Shown: positions 1 through 11,843, numbered from the stretch's first letter. The stretch: DNA of 64,000 nt from an uncultured Acidobacteriota bacterium (GCA_963764715.1 CAVXTP010000009.1:64001-128000); one strand, 5' to 3'. Notes: generated by a model not told the origin, from the sequence alone. Numbers and translations are program-made.

Positions 1-1044
1 GCGTGCACCACAACAAGGAAGTCACGCTGAAGCTGATGACCGAGGTCTCGAACATCAGCGGCTACGCCGGCGTGGCGACGGGCCAGCAACCGCAGCCGAT
101 CATCGGAACGCGGACGATCTCGTCGAACATCCGCCTCCGGGACGGCGAGACGAACTTCCTGGCGGGCCTCTACCGGACCGACAAGTCGAACGCCCGCGAG
201 ACGATCCCGTTCATCGGCGACATCCCGATCCTCGGACGCATCTTCTCGAAGGTGAAGACGGACAACCAGACGACCGACCTCGTCCTGACGCTGACGCCGC
301 ACATCATCCGGATCCCCGACATCACCGAGGAGGACCTGACGCCGGTCTACGTCGGCACCGACGCCAACATTTCCTACCAGGGCGGCCCTCGCGTCGAGAA
401 CCCGAACCGGGACGCCGGACCCTTCGAGCAGCAGCCGGGCGGCCGCCCGCCGATCCAGCGCCAGCCGCCCCCCGCGGGCGCAGCCGACGCCCATCCCCGG
501 GATCAACCTCGCGCCCGGCGGCGCGCCGACGGACATCTTCCGGCCCACCCCGCCGCCGTCGACGCCGCAGAACCAGGTCCCGCCGCAGGCCAAGCCCGGC
601 CAGGTCTCGTCGAACGGCGCCACGGCGGCTCCGGCCGCGGCGCTGTCTCTCGCCGCGGTCGACAACGGGACGCCGGTGCTCCTCGACTTCAACCCGGCGT
701 TCCTGACGCTCGGCGTCGGGCAGCAGCAGACGGTCCTCGTGCGGGCGACCTCGCCCGCGGGCTTCCCGGGAGGCACGCTCCGCGTCCGGTTCGATCCTTC
801 GGTCGCCGCGGCCGTCTCGGTGCGGCCGGTGATGATCGGAGAGGCCGGGACGGCCTCGGGCAGCATTTCCAACGACGAGGTCGTGTTGGAGCTGCCCGAC
901 TCCGCCGACCTCTCCGGCACCCGGGCCGTCGCCGAGATCACGCTCCGCGGGATCGCCGCGGGCCGCGCCATGCTCGCCTTCCAGCCGGTCGAGATGGCGG
1001 GCGCCGAGGTCACGACCTCTTCTGCGACGGTCGACGTTCGATGA
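1..1044 (+). CDS. gspD: Type II secretion secretin (GspD/PulD-like), 3' part, with Pro-rich linker and C-terminal cohesin-like domain; apparent +1 frameshift near 465-480
   Basis: Secretin C-terminal motifs (IRLRDGETNFLAGL, IPFIGDIPILGRIF, LVLTLTPHII). After ~480 frame 1 reads QPTPIPGINLAP... into ORF 676-1044. Lies upstream of pseudopilins. Truncated by the window start. Confidence 0.85.
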
Positions 1045-1523
1045 CGCTCCCGGTCTCGAGGCGGTCGCGGCGGCGGGAGGCCGGCTTCACGATGGTGGAG
1101 GTCGCGATCGTGGCCGTCATGGTCGCGATCCTCGCCGGCATGGTGATCCCGGTCGCGCGCTACTCGCTCCGGCGCCAGAAGGAGCTGGAGCTCAAGCACC
1201 AGCTCCGGACGATGCGCGAGGCGATCGACAAGTACAAGCAGCTCTCGGACGCAGGGTTGATCCCGCTCGAGATCGGCGGCGAAGGCTTCCCGCCGGACCT
1301 GGAGACCCTCGCCAAGGGCGTCGATCTCGTGGGTCAGGTCAAGAAAAAGCAGCGGTTCATCCGAAAGCTGCCGATCGATCCGATGACGGGGAAGGCGGAG
1401 TGGGGCCTGCGCTCCTACCAGGACGAGCCGGACTCGTTTGCCTGGGGCGGCCAGAACGTCTACGACATCTATTCCCTGTCCCCGGCGAAGGCCCTGGACG
1501 GGACGTACTACAAGGACTGGTGA
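1041..1523 (+). CDS. Pseudopilin (GspG-like) with prepilin N-methylation motif
   Basis: ATGA overlap with the secretin stop. G|FTMVE prepilin site then a hydrophobic helix. C-terminal DPMTG...DIYS...DGTYYKDW. Confidence 0.88.
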   Translation: MTLPVSRRSRRREAGFTMVEVAIVAVMVAILAGMVIPVARYSLRRQKELELKHQLRTMREAIDKYKQLSDAGLIPLEIGGEGFPPDLETLAKGVDLVGQVKKKQRFIRKLPIDPMTGKAEWGLRSYQDEPDSFAWGGQNVYDIYSLSPAKALDGTYYKDW

Positions 1524-1963
1524 TGAGGAGCCGGGAGGCAGGAGGCAGGCGGCGGGAGGCGGGAGGGGAGAGCGGATTCACGCTCCTCGAGCTGCTCGTC
1601 GTCATGACGATCATCGGGATCCTCGCCGCGATCGCGGTGCCGTCGCTGCGCGACTCGCCGCAGCGGGCCCGGGAGGCGACGCTGCGCGCGGACCTCTTCA
1701 CGTTCCGGAGCGTCATCGACCAGTACAAGGGCGACAAGGGAAACTACCCGGCGGACCTCGAGACCCTGGTCAAGGACGGGTACATGCGGAAGATCCCCCT
1801 CGACCCGATGACGAAGGCCGCCGACTGGGTGCTGACGATGGAGGAGGAGCCCTCCGAGCCCGACGACCCGTCCATCACCGAGCCGCCGAAGCCCGGCATC
1901 ATCGACGTCCACAGCGCGTCGAAGCTGAAGGCGCTCGACGGGACCGTCTACAGTGACTGGTGA
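1523..1963 (+). CDS. Pseudopilin (GspG-like)
   Basis: TGATG overlap. G|FTLLELLVVMTIIGILAAIAVP; YPADLETLV..GYMRKIPLDPMT. Paralogous to the upstream gene. Confidence 0.9.
   Translation: MRSREAGGRRREAGGESGFTLLELLVVMTIIGILAAIAVPSLRDSPQRAREATLRADLFTFRSVIDQYKGDKGNYPADLETLVKDGYMRKIPLDPMTKAADWVLTMEEEPSEPDDPSITEPPKPGIIDVHSASKLKALDGTVYSDW
1534..1568 (+). repeat. Five imperfect heptamer repeats (GGAGGCA-type) in the prepilin leader
   Basis: GGAGGCA GGAGGCA GGCGGCG GGAGGCG GGAGGGG read directly. Confidence 0.7.
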
Positions 1964-2709
1964 GGCGGCGGCCGGAGCGGCTTCCGGCAGCGGCCGCGCG
2001 TCCGGCTTCACGCTCGTCGGCGTCGTCGTCGCGATCGCGATCCTGACGATCCTGATCGCGGCGATCGGGCCCTCCATCGCGACCGTCATGCAGCGGGACA
2101 AGGAGATCGAGCTCATCTTCCGCGGCAAGCAGTACGCGCGGGCGATCCTCGCCTTCCAGAAGCGGTACGGGCGGTATCCCCATCGAGCTCAAGGAGCTCG
2201 CGGAGATCAAGCCCCGCTCGATCCGGCAGCTCTGGAAGGAGCCGATGTGCAACTGCGACGAAGGCTGGACGCCGATCATCGCGGGCACGCCGGACGCGCT
2301 CCCGATGGGGCAGGGCGCGCCGCCCCCGGGAGGCGGAATGCCGGGGAGCGGCTTTCAGCGCACGCCCCGGCCCGGGCAGAACAACCCGAACCAGCCGCCC
2401 TCGACCTACACGGGCATCGGCGGCCAGCCCACGCCGTCCTTCCTCGGCGGCGGAGGCCCGGCGCCGACGCCGACCGTCAAGCCGTTCTCGACCGGGATCT
2501 TCGGCGAGAAGCCCAAGACGACGACCGGCCCGATCGTCGGCGTGAAGATCGCGCTCCACAAGAAGGCCATCCGCAAGTGGCGCGACCACGAGTTCTACGA
2601 CGAGTGGCGCTTCATCGCGGGCGACGCTGACAACGACCTCTCGAATCCGATCGATCCCAACACTCTGCGCGGCGTCCAGCGGATGACGCCTTCTCCGGGA
2701 GTGCCGTAG
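1953..2709 (+). CDS. Minor pseudopilin-like T2SS protein lacking Glu5; apparent +1 frameshift near 2180
   Basis: G|FTLVGVVVAIAIL, then RDKEIELIFRGKQYARAI..YGRYP. Continues in the next frame as LKEL...IRQLWKEPM...PIVGVK...YDEWRF. Confidence 0.8.
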
Positions 2710-2712
2710 GCG

Positions 2713-3984
2713 GTGCTTCTCCGCCGCGTTCTCGACAACGGAGCCGTGGTCCTCGTCGACGAGATGCAGGACGTGCGCTCCTTCTCGCTCGGCTTCTTCG
2801 TGCGCGCGGGCTCCGGCCACGAGCCGGCGGCGCGGCGGGGCCTCTCGCACTTCCTCGAGCACCTGCTCTTCAAGCGCACGCGGCGCCGCTCCAACGCCGA
2901 GATCGCGCGCGCGATCGACGCTCTCGGCGGCGACGTCGACGCCTTCACGACCAAGGAGTACACCGGGTACTACGTCCACACGCTCGACGCGCGGTTCGCC
3001 GAGGCGCTCGACCTGATCGGCGACGTCGTGCTCTCGCCGGCCTTCGCCGCGGCGGACGTCGAGACCGAGCGCAGCGTCATCCTCGAGGAGATCGGCGAGG
3101 CCAACGACAACCCGGAGGACCTCGTCCACGAGACCTTCGTCGAGGCGTTCTGGAAGGGCCATCCGCTCGGCGCGCCGATCCTGGGCACCGAGAAGACCGT
3201 TCAGGCGATCGGGAAGTCCGATCTCGACGCCTACTACCGGGCGCGGTACGTCCCGGGCAATCTCGTCGTCGTGCTGGCCGGCCGGATCGAGGCGGCCCGC
3301 GCCTTCGACGCGATCGAGCGGCTCCTGTCGCGGCGCCGCGGCCGGTCCCCGCGGACGCCGTCCTCGCCCGCCCGCCCGCGGCCGCGCGCCCACGTCGCGT
3401 TCAAGCCGCGCCCCGGCCTCGAGCAGGCCCACGTCTGCTTCGGGTTCGAGGCCCCGCCGCAGACGTCGCGGCGGAGGTTCGCGGCGGCGCTCTTCGACGT
3501 CGCGCTCGGCGGCGGGATGTCCTCCCGGCTCTTCCAGGAGGTCCGGGAGAAGCGGGGCCTCGCGTACTCGATCGGCTCGGCCTTCAACTCCTACCGGCTC
3601 GGCGGGTACGAGACGGTCTCCGCCGCCTGCGCCCCGAAGAACCTGACGCGCTTGGTCGACGTGACCCTGCGAGAGCTCTCGAAGCTGAAGCGCGGGGGAG
3701 TCTCTTCCCGGGAGCTCGCGCGGGCCAAGGAAAACCTCAAGTGCAACATGCTCCTGGCGCTCGAGTCGACGGTGTCGCGGATGTCCTCGGCGGCGCGGCA
3801 GGAGCTCTACCTCGGCCGCGTCGAGCCTCCCGAGGAGATCCTGGCGAAGGTGGAGGCGGTGCGCTCGGAGGAGGTCGACGCCGAGGCCGCCCGGCTCCTC
3901 GACGGCCGGGCGTTGTCGCTCGCCGTCGTCGGCAGCCTCCCGCGCCTGCCCGTCTCCCGCGCCGACCTCTCCTCGGCCCTCTAG
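2713..3984 (+). CDS. M16 family (pitrilysin-like) zinc peptidase
   Basis: HFLEH inverted Zn motif, AFTTKEYT, GGGMSSRLFQEVREKRGLAYS. Confidence 0.93.
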   Translation: MLLRRVLDNGAVVLVDEMQDVRSFSLGFFVRAGSGHEPAARRGLSHFLEHLLFKRTRRRSNAEIARAIDALGGDVDAFTTKEYTGYYVHTLDARFAEALDLIGDVVLSPAFAAADVETERSVILEEIGEANDNPEDLVHETFVEAFWKGHPLGAPILGTEKTVQAIGKSDLDAYYRARYVPGNLVVVLAGRIEAARAFDAIERLLSRRRGRSPRTPSSPARPRPRAHVAFKPRPGLEQAHVCFGFEAPPQTSRRRFAAALFDVALGGGMSSRLFQEVREKRGLAYSIGSAFNSYRLGGYETVSAACAPKNLTRLVDVTLRELSKLKRGGVSSRELARAKENLKCNMLLALESTVSRMSSAARQELYLGRVEPPEEILAKVEAVRSEEVDAEAARLLDGRALSLAVVGSLPRLPVSRADLSSAL

Positions 3985-3999
3985 GGGGGCCCTCTAAGG

Positions 4000-4064
4000 G
4001 GGGTCAGGTCTTCAAATTTCGGATTCTTTGCAGGCTAAGAACCGAAAAATGAAGACCTGACCCC
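4000..4064. repeat. Palindromic REP/MITE-like element with 15-bp perfect terminal inverted repeats
   Basis: GGGGTCAGGTCTTCA (4000-4014) and TGAAGACCTGACCCC (4050-4064). Inner arms TTTCGGATTCTT/AAGAACCGAAA also pair, with one bulge. Confidence 0.8.
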
Positions 4065-4086
4065 GGGTCTGATTGAATAGCGGGCG

Positions 4087-4539
4087 ATGGACGACATCGA
4101 GGTCCCGGTGACGGTGCTGCCGCACGGCGAAGGCCTGGAGCTGCCGTCCTACGCCACGGCCGGCGCGGCGGGCTGCGACCTGCGGGCGGCGCTCGGGGCG
4201 CCCCTCGTCCTGGCGCCGGGCGCGCGAGACCTCGTTCCGACCGGGATCGCGCTCGCGATCCCCGAGGGCTTCGAGGGGCAAGTGCGGATGCGGAGCGGCC
4301 TCGCCCTCCGGCACGGGCTGACGCTCCTGAACGGCCCGGGCACCATCGACAGCGACTACCGCGGCGAAGTGAAGGTGATCCTCGCCAACCTCGGGTCGGA
4401 GCCCGTGACGCTGACGCGCGGCGAGCGCATCGCGCAGCTCGTGATCGCGCCCGTCGCCCGCGCGAAACTCACGCTCGCGCAAAAGCTTGCGCCAACCCCG
4501 CGCGAAGGCGGCGGATTCGGGTCGACCGGTCGGACATAG
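4087..4539 (+). CDS. dut: dUTP diphosphatase
   Basis: dUTPase motifs [36 protein letters not shown]. Confidence 0.97.
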   Translation: MDDIEVPVTVLPHGEGLELPSYATAGAAGCDLRAALGAPLVLAPGARDLVPTGIALAIPEGFEGQVRMRSGLALRHGLTLLNGPGTIDSDYRGEVKVILANLGSEPVTLTRGERIAQLVIAPVARAKLTLAQKLAPTPREGGGFGSTGRT

Positions 4540-4569
4540 TCTGTCCGACCTTTCTGATACATTTTCGGA

Positions 4570-5340
4570 GTGCGGGTCACCATCCTCGCGTCCGGGTCCG
4601 GCGGCAACGCGTGTGTCGTCGAATCGGGCGCGACGCGGGTGCTTGTGGACGCCGGCCTCTCGGCCCGGGAGATCGAGCGCCGCATGACCCGCCGCGGGAT
4701 CCCCGTCGAGTCGATCGCCGCCGTCTTCCTGACTCACGAGCACAACGACCATTCGAGCGGCGCGGCCGTCTTCACGGCCCGCTGGGACTGCCCGCTCTAC
4801 ACGACCTGCGGCACCGCCGAGGCGATCGGCCTGGAGGGCGACCTCTTCACTCCGTTCGTCCGGATCGTTCCGGGCCGGGAGGGCCGGGTCGGCGACCTCG
4901 GGTTCCGGGCCTTCGCGACGCCGCACGACGCGGCGGAGTCCGTGGCCTACGCGTTCGAGTCGGACGACGCGCGCCTGGTGATCGCATCGGACCTCGGGCG
5001 CGCCGAGGCCGGCTTCGTGGACTTCCTCCGCGAAGCCACGACCCTGATGCTCGAGATGAACCACGACGAGGACATGCTGCGCGACGGCCCATACACCTGG
5101 CCGCTGAAGCGCCGGATCTCGGGGGGCCTCGGCCACCTCTCCAACGCCCAGTCGGCCGAGGCGATCCGGGCCTCTTCGGGCCCCAGGCGCCGCCGGATCG
5201 TGGCGACGCACCTCTCCCGCACCAACAACACGCCCGAGATCGTGCGGGCCATGCTCGCCCGGGCCATCGAACGGTCCGGCTGGCACGTGCCGTTCGAGAT
5301 CGCGGAACAAATCGAGGGTCTGGAGGCGTTTGACGCATGA
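4570..5340 (+). CDS. MBL-fold metallo-hydrolase (YycJ/WalJ-like)
   Basis: LASGSGGN, THEHNDH, TPHDA, LEMNHD, GHLSN, HLSRTNN motifs. Confidence 0.92.
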   Translation: MRVTILASGSGGNACVVESGATRVLVDAGLSAREIERRMTRRGIPVESIAAVFLTHEHNDHSSGAAVFTARWDCPLYTTCGTAEAIGLEGDLFTPFVRIVPGREGRVGDLGFRAFATPHDAAESVAYAFESDDARLVIASDLGRAEAGFVDFLREATTLMLEMNHDEDMLRDGPYTWPLKRRISGGLGHLSNAQSAEAIRASSGPRRRRIVATHLSRTNNTPEIVRAMLARAIERSGWHVPFEIAEQIEGLEAFDA

Positions 5341-5579
5341 AAGTGGAAGTCCGGGTCTATCCGCGCGAAGGGGTCCTCGACCCGCAGGGCAAGGCGATCG
5401 CCGCCGCGCTCGGCCGCCTCGGCCACGGCTCGGTCCGGGACGTCCGGGCGGGCAAGGTGTTCTTCATCGACGTGGCCGGCAGCGACGCGAAGGCCGTCGA
5501 GGCCGACGCGCGGAAGATGGCCGAGGAGCTCCTCGCCAACACGGTGATCGAGGGCTACGACGTGAAGGTCGTCGCGTGA
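5337..5579 (+). CDS. purS: FGAM synthase subunit PurS
   Basis: GVLDPQGKAI...LLANTVIE; 80 aa; directly upstream of purQ. Confidence 0.96.
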   Translation: MKVEVRVYPREGVLDPQGKAIAAALGRLGHGSVRDVRAGKVFFIDVAGSDAKAVEADARKMAEELLANTVIEGYDVKVVA

Positions 5580-5633
5580 CCGCGACGCGGACAGGGGATG
5601 TCGCGTGACCGCGACGCAGACAGGAGGTGTCGC
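5571..5633 (+). repeat. Tandem 29-bp duplication spanning the purS stop and the purQ RBS
   Basis: GTCGCGTGACCGCGACGCGGACAGGGGAT / GTCGCGTGACCGCGACGCAGACAGGAGGT / GTCGC. Confidence 0.85.
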
Positions 5634-6330
5634 ATGAAGTTCGGGATCGTGGTCTTCCCGGGCTCCAACTGCGACGAGGACTGCTATCACGTCGCAAAAG
5701 ATCTCCTCGGCTGCGAGGCCGACTTCATCTGGCACCACGACACGGACCTGAAGGGCGCGGACGCCGTGATCCTGCCGGGCGGCTTCGCCTACGGCGACTA
5801 CCTCCGCGCCGGCGCGCTCGCGCGGTTCTCGCCCGTCATGGAGAGCGTCTCGAAGTTCGCGGCCGCCGGCGGCCCCGTCCTCGGCATCTGCAACGGCTTC
5901 CAGGTGCTGCTCGAGGCCGGGCTGCTGCCCGGGGCCATGCAGATCAACCGGGGCCTGCGCTACGTGTGCCGCGACGTCCACATGAAGGTCGAGAACGACG
6001 CGACCGCGTTCACCTCGCTCTACCCGAAGGGGAGCGTCGTGACGATGCCGATCGGCCACATGGAAGGCAACTACACCGCGCCGCCGGACGTGCTCGACGC
6101 GCTCGAGCGCGAGGGCCGCGTGGTCTTCCGCTACTGCGAGAAGGACGGCCGCGTCACCGACGCCGTCGAACCCCAACGGCGCGGCCCGGAACATCGCCGG
6201 CATCTGCAACGCGGCAGGCAACGTCGTCGGCCTGATGCCGCACCCCGACCGCTGCGCCGAGAGCCTCCTCGGCAACGACCAGGGCATCAAGATGTTCCAG
6301 AGCGCCGTCGCCGCGCTCGCGACGCGATGA
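5634..6330 (+). CDS. purQ: FGAM synthase glutaminase subunit PurQ; apparent +1 frameshift near 6165
   Basis: [28 protein letters not shown]. Continues in the next frame as NPNGA..NIAGI...GLMPHPDR to TGA at 6328-6330. Confidence 0.93.
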
Positions 6331-6348
6331 GTCCGTTCGGGCTCGACC

Positions 6349-6558
6349 GGGCGGCCACGAGGGCCGCCCCTACGACCGGGGGCCGGAGCATCCGGACTCC
6401 GGATCGACCGGCTCTCCACGCGATTACGCCCCGGAAGAGTAGGGGCGGGGCTTGTCCCCGCCCTGGAAGCGGGCGGCCGCGTGCCGACCACCAGGGGCAG
6501 ACCCACGGCCGTAGGCAACGCTGGCCGAAGGCCAGCGGTAACCCAGGGCCGCCCCTGC
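6349..6558. repeat. Cluster of GTAG-type REP palindromes between purQ and purL
   Basis: 6349-6373 is the reverse of GTAGGGGCGGCCCTCGTGGCCGCCC. 6439-6463 is GTAGGGGCGGGGCTTGTCCCCGCCC. A split copy has GGGCGGCCGC at 6471 and GGGCCGCCCCTGC at 6546-6558. Confidence 0.8.
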
Positions 6559-6571
6559 GACGAGGCGATCG

Positions 6572-8782
<2,211 letters not shown>

Positions 8783-8786
<4 letters not shown>

Positions 8787-8806
8787 GGGCGGGCTCGTCC
8801 CCGCGC
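8783..8806 (+). repeat. Degenerate GTAG-type REP whose TAG is the purL stop codon
   Basis: GTAGGGGCGGGCTCGTCCCCGCGC, between convergent purL and tam. Confidence 0.7.
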
Positions 8807-8807
8807 G

Positions 8808-9581
8808 TCAGCGCCGGGCCCGCGCCAGGATGCGGCGGTACGTGAAGAAGTACGGCCGCTCGTCCGGGACCATCGCGAAGAGCGCGTCGCGGTACTCCTC
8901 CACGAAGCGAGGATGGATTTCGGACGGAAGCCGGCGGCGGTATTCGGAGAGCAGCGAGCCCTCCACCCACGCGACGACGTCTTCGCGCGACTCGAGGCGC
9001 TGGCCGTAGATCTGGAGACGCACCGTCTGCTCCCCGAAACCGAGACGGTCGAGGATCGCGGCGTAAGCCTCGGGCGCGAGGACGTGGCGGGGGTGCGCGA
9101 CGCCGCCGAGCGCCGACCGGAACGGCTCCTCCGAAGCCGCCTCCTCCGCCGCCTTGTGCGAGGGATGGTCGAAGTTGTCCGGGACCTGGAAGGCGAGCTG
9201 GCCGCCGGGCGCGACGGCGCGCGCGAGCCGGGCGAGGAGCGCGGGATGGTCCGGGACCCAGTGGAGCGCGGCGTTGGAGAAGACGAGGTCGTAAGGGACG
9301 GCCGGCGCGAACGCGCCGATGTCGCCCCGCTCGAACCGCACGCCGTCGCGGGCCTGTCGGGCCGCCTTCTCGAGCATCGCGTCGGAGGAGTCGATCCCCA
9401 GCGTCTCGGAAGCCTGGATTCTGTAGTGCAGCACGCGGGTCAGCTCGCCGGACCCGCAGCCCAGATCCACGGCGCGGCCGCCCGGGACGGGAGCGACGAG
9501 CAGGAGAAGGTCCTCGAAGGGCCGGCGCCTCTCGACGCCGAAGCGCGCGTAGGCCTCCGGGTTCCAGCCGTCCGCGCTCAG
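8808..9581 (-). CDS. tam: Trans-aconitate 2-methyltransferase-like class I SAM methyltransferase; probable CTG start
   Basis: [39 protein letters not shown]. The only nearby start candidate is CTG overlapping the truA TGA. Confidence 0.85.
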   Translation of the reverse strand: MSADGWNPEAYARFGVERRRPFEDLLLLVAPVPGGRAVDLGCGSGELTRVLHYRIQASETLGIDSSDAMLEKAARQARDGVRFERGDIGAFAPAVPYDLVFSNAALHWVPDHPALLARLARAVAPGGQLAFQVPDNFDHPSHKAAEEAASEEPFRSALGGVAHPRHVLAPEAYAAILDRLGFGEQTVRLQIYGQRLESREDVVAWVEGSLLSEYRRRLPSEIHPRFVEEYRDALFAMVPDERPYFFTYRRILARARR

Positions 9582-10310
9582 TAGCGAACCCTTTCGAGAA
9601 ACAACCCCGAAGGCGGCGCCGTCCACTTCGCCGGGGCGGCCGAGCGCTCGGTGAGGAGCTTCTCGACTCCCGCGGCGTCGAGGTTCCCGCGGCCGACCTC
9701 GACGAGGGTCCCGGCGAGCCGCCGGACCATCTTCCAGAGGAAGTGCGAGGCCGTGATGCGGAAGTGGAGCTCTTCGACGACGTCGAGGACCTCGCTCTTC
9801 TCGACGACGACGATCGTGGAGCCCTGGCCCTCGGGGTTCTCGCAGAACGACCCGAAGTCGTGCCGCCCCTCGAAGAGCTTCGCGGCGCGGCGCATGCGCC
9901 GCGGCGTCGAGGCGGTCCTTGATCCACCACACCAGGCGCTTGTCGAAGGCGGTGCGCCGGCGCGAGATCCGGTACAGGTACGTCCGGGAGATCGCGTCGT
10001 GACGGGCGTGAAACTTCGGCGGCGCCTTCTCGACGGAGAGCACGTTGACGTCGAAGGGGAGCCGGTCGTTCAGGCCCTCGAGGATCTGCCGGGGCGGAAG
10101 GTCCTTGCGCGCCTTCAGGTGCGCGACCTGGGCCAGCGCGTGGACGCCGGCGTCGGTGCGGCCGGCGCCGCCGATCGCGGTGTCCTCGTCGAAGAGCTCG
10201 CGCGCCGCGTGCGCCAGGGCCGCCTGCACGGTCTTGTCCGTGTTCTTCTGCGTCTGCCAGCCGCGGTAGCGGGTGCCCTCGTACTCGAGCGTGATCTTCC
10301 AGGTCGGCAC
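9578..10310 (-). CDS. truA: tRNA pseudouridine(38-40) synthase; apparent +1 frameshift near 9900
   Basis: LEYEGTRYRGWQ, GAGRTDAGVHA, FHARHDA. Continues as MRRAAKLFEGRHDFGSF...FLWKMVRRLAG...APPSGLFL. Confidence 0.93.
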
Positions 10311-10320
10311 GCGCGGCAGT

Positions 10321-11835
10321 TTACGTCGAGCGGGATCGGCTCCGGGCCCGGGAGCCCGTCCGGCGCAGGATCGCGCCGAGACGCGTCGCGCCGTCGAGAA
10401 TCTCCGCCCGCGTCGAGCCTCCGTAGCCCAGGACGACCCCTCGCTTCGCCGGCGTCTCGAGCGCGCAGGACGACAGCGGGAGCACCTTGATCCCCTCGCG
10501 CGCCGCGGTCAGGCCGATCTCCCGGTCCGGGGTCCCCGGAGGCAGCATCGCCGTCAGGAACATTCCGGCCGCGTCGCCGACCACCTTCAGGCGGGACGAG
10601 CGCTCGCGCGCCAGCGCCGCGACGAGCGTCTCCCGGCGCTCCCCGCAGAGCAGGCGCATCCGCCGGACGTGCCGCGCGAAGTGCCCTTCCCGGATGAAGT
10701 CCGTGAGGACGGCCTGGAAGAAAGGAGGCGTGAACATGTCCATGACGCGGCGCACGGCCGCGAAGGCCGGGACCAGGTCCGGAGGGATGACGACGTACGC
10801 GATGCGCATCGCCGGGAAGAGGATCTTCGTGAACGTTCCGATGTAGATGACGCGGGAATCGCGGTCGAGGCCCTGGAGGGAGGTGATGGGAGCGCTGCCG
10901 AACCGGTACTCGCTGTCGTAGTCGTCCTCGACGATCCAGGCGCCCGTGCCCTGGGCCCAGTCGAGCAGGCGCAGCCGCCGCGAGGCGCTCATCGTCACGC
11001 CCATCGGGAACTGGTGCGAGGGGGTCACGAAGGCCGCGCGGGCCCGTGGGGCGCGCGCGATGCCCTCCGACACGACGAGGCCTTCCGCGTCGACCGGGAC
11101 CGGGACCATGCGGGCCCCGGAGAGGCGCAGCGCCCTCTGGATTCCGAAGTAGCCCGGCTCTTCCAGCCAGACGGGGCTGCCTTCGTCCACGAGGACCCGG
11201 GCGGTCAGCTCGATTCCCGCCTGCGAGCCGCCCACGATCATGATCTGCGACGCCTCGCAGCGCACGCCCCGCGCGGTTCGCAGGTACTCGGCCACCGCCT
11301 CCCGGAGGGGCTCGTGGCCCATGGCTTTCCGGTAGCGCAGCAGCGCGCGGTCGCCGACGCGCGCATGGCGGGCGACGAGGCGCGACCACACGTCCAGCGG
11401 GAAATCGTCGACGGGCGGCTGGCCCACGCCGAACGCCGAGTGTCCCTGGAACCAGGGCTCGACCTCCGGCCGGAGCGCGGCCGCATGGCGCGCCACCAGC
11501 CGGGGCGCGGAGCGGGCGGGGGGCCGGTGGGGACGGCCTCCCGCGCGGGGGATCGCGAGCTCGTCCGGGACGGCCCGCGCGACGAACGTGCCCGATCCCA
11601 CGCGGCTCTCGAAATACCCCTCCGCGAGCAGCTGCTCGAAGGCGTTCAGGACGGGGATGCGCGAGATCCGGAGCTCGGATGCGAGCTGGCGCGTCGAGGG
11701 CAGGCGCTGCCCCGCGCGGAGCTGCCGGGCGACGATCGCATCCCGGTAGCCTTCGTAGATCTGCCGGTGCAGGGGCCGGCCCTCGTCGCGCGCGACGGCG
11801 ATCGCCGGGAGGATCACGGCCGGGGCTCGCTTCAC
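10321..11835 (-). CDS. MocR/GabR-family regulator (GntR wHTH plus PLP aminotransferase-like domain)
   Basis: LPSTRQLASELRISRIPV wHTH; TPSHQFPMG, EDDYDSEYR, GTFTK (PLP Lys). GTG start at 11835. Confidence 0.93.
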   Translation of the reverse strand: MKRAPAVILPAIAVARDEGRPLHRQIYEGYRDAIVARQLRAGQRLPSTRQLASELRISRIPVLNAFEQLLAEGYFESRVGSGTFVARAVPDELAIPRAGGRPHRPPARSAPRLVARHAAALRPEVEPWFQGHSAFGVGQPPVDDFPLDVWSRLVARHARVGDRALLRYRKAMGHEPLREAVAEYLRTARGVRCEASQIMIVGGSQAGIELTARVLVDEGSPVWLEEPGYFGIQRALRLSGARMVPVPVDAEGLVVSEGIARAPRARAAFVTPSHQFPMGVTMSASRRLRLLDWAQGTGAWIVEDDYDSEYRFGSAPITSLQGLDRDSRVIYIGTFTKILFPAMRIAYVVIPPDLVPAFAAVRRVMDMFTPPFFQAVLTDFIREGHFARHVRRMRLLCGERRETLVAALARERSSRLKVVGDAAGMFLTAMLPPGTPDREIGLTAAREGIKVLPLSSCALETPAKRGVVLGYGGSTRAEILDGATRLGAILRRTGSRARSRSRST

Positions 11836-11843
11836 GGGCCCAA

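Noticed and set aside
3-1523. 506-aa ORF suggesting a secretin-pseudopilin fusion
   Set aside because: Chimera caused by the frameshift near 470. The middle is off-frame, and the pilin has its own ATG at 1041.
8808-10310. 500-aa ORF suggesting a TruA-Tam fusion
   Set aside because: The TruA C-terminus is in another frame (9578-9895) with its own stop. The joined ORF results from one +1 error.
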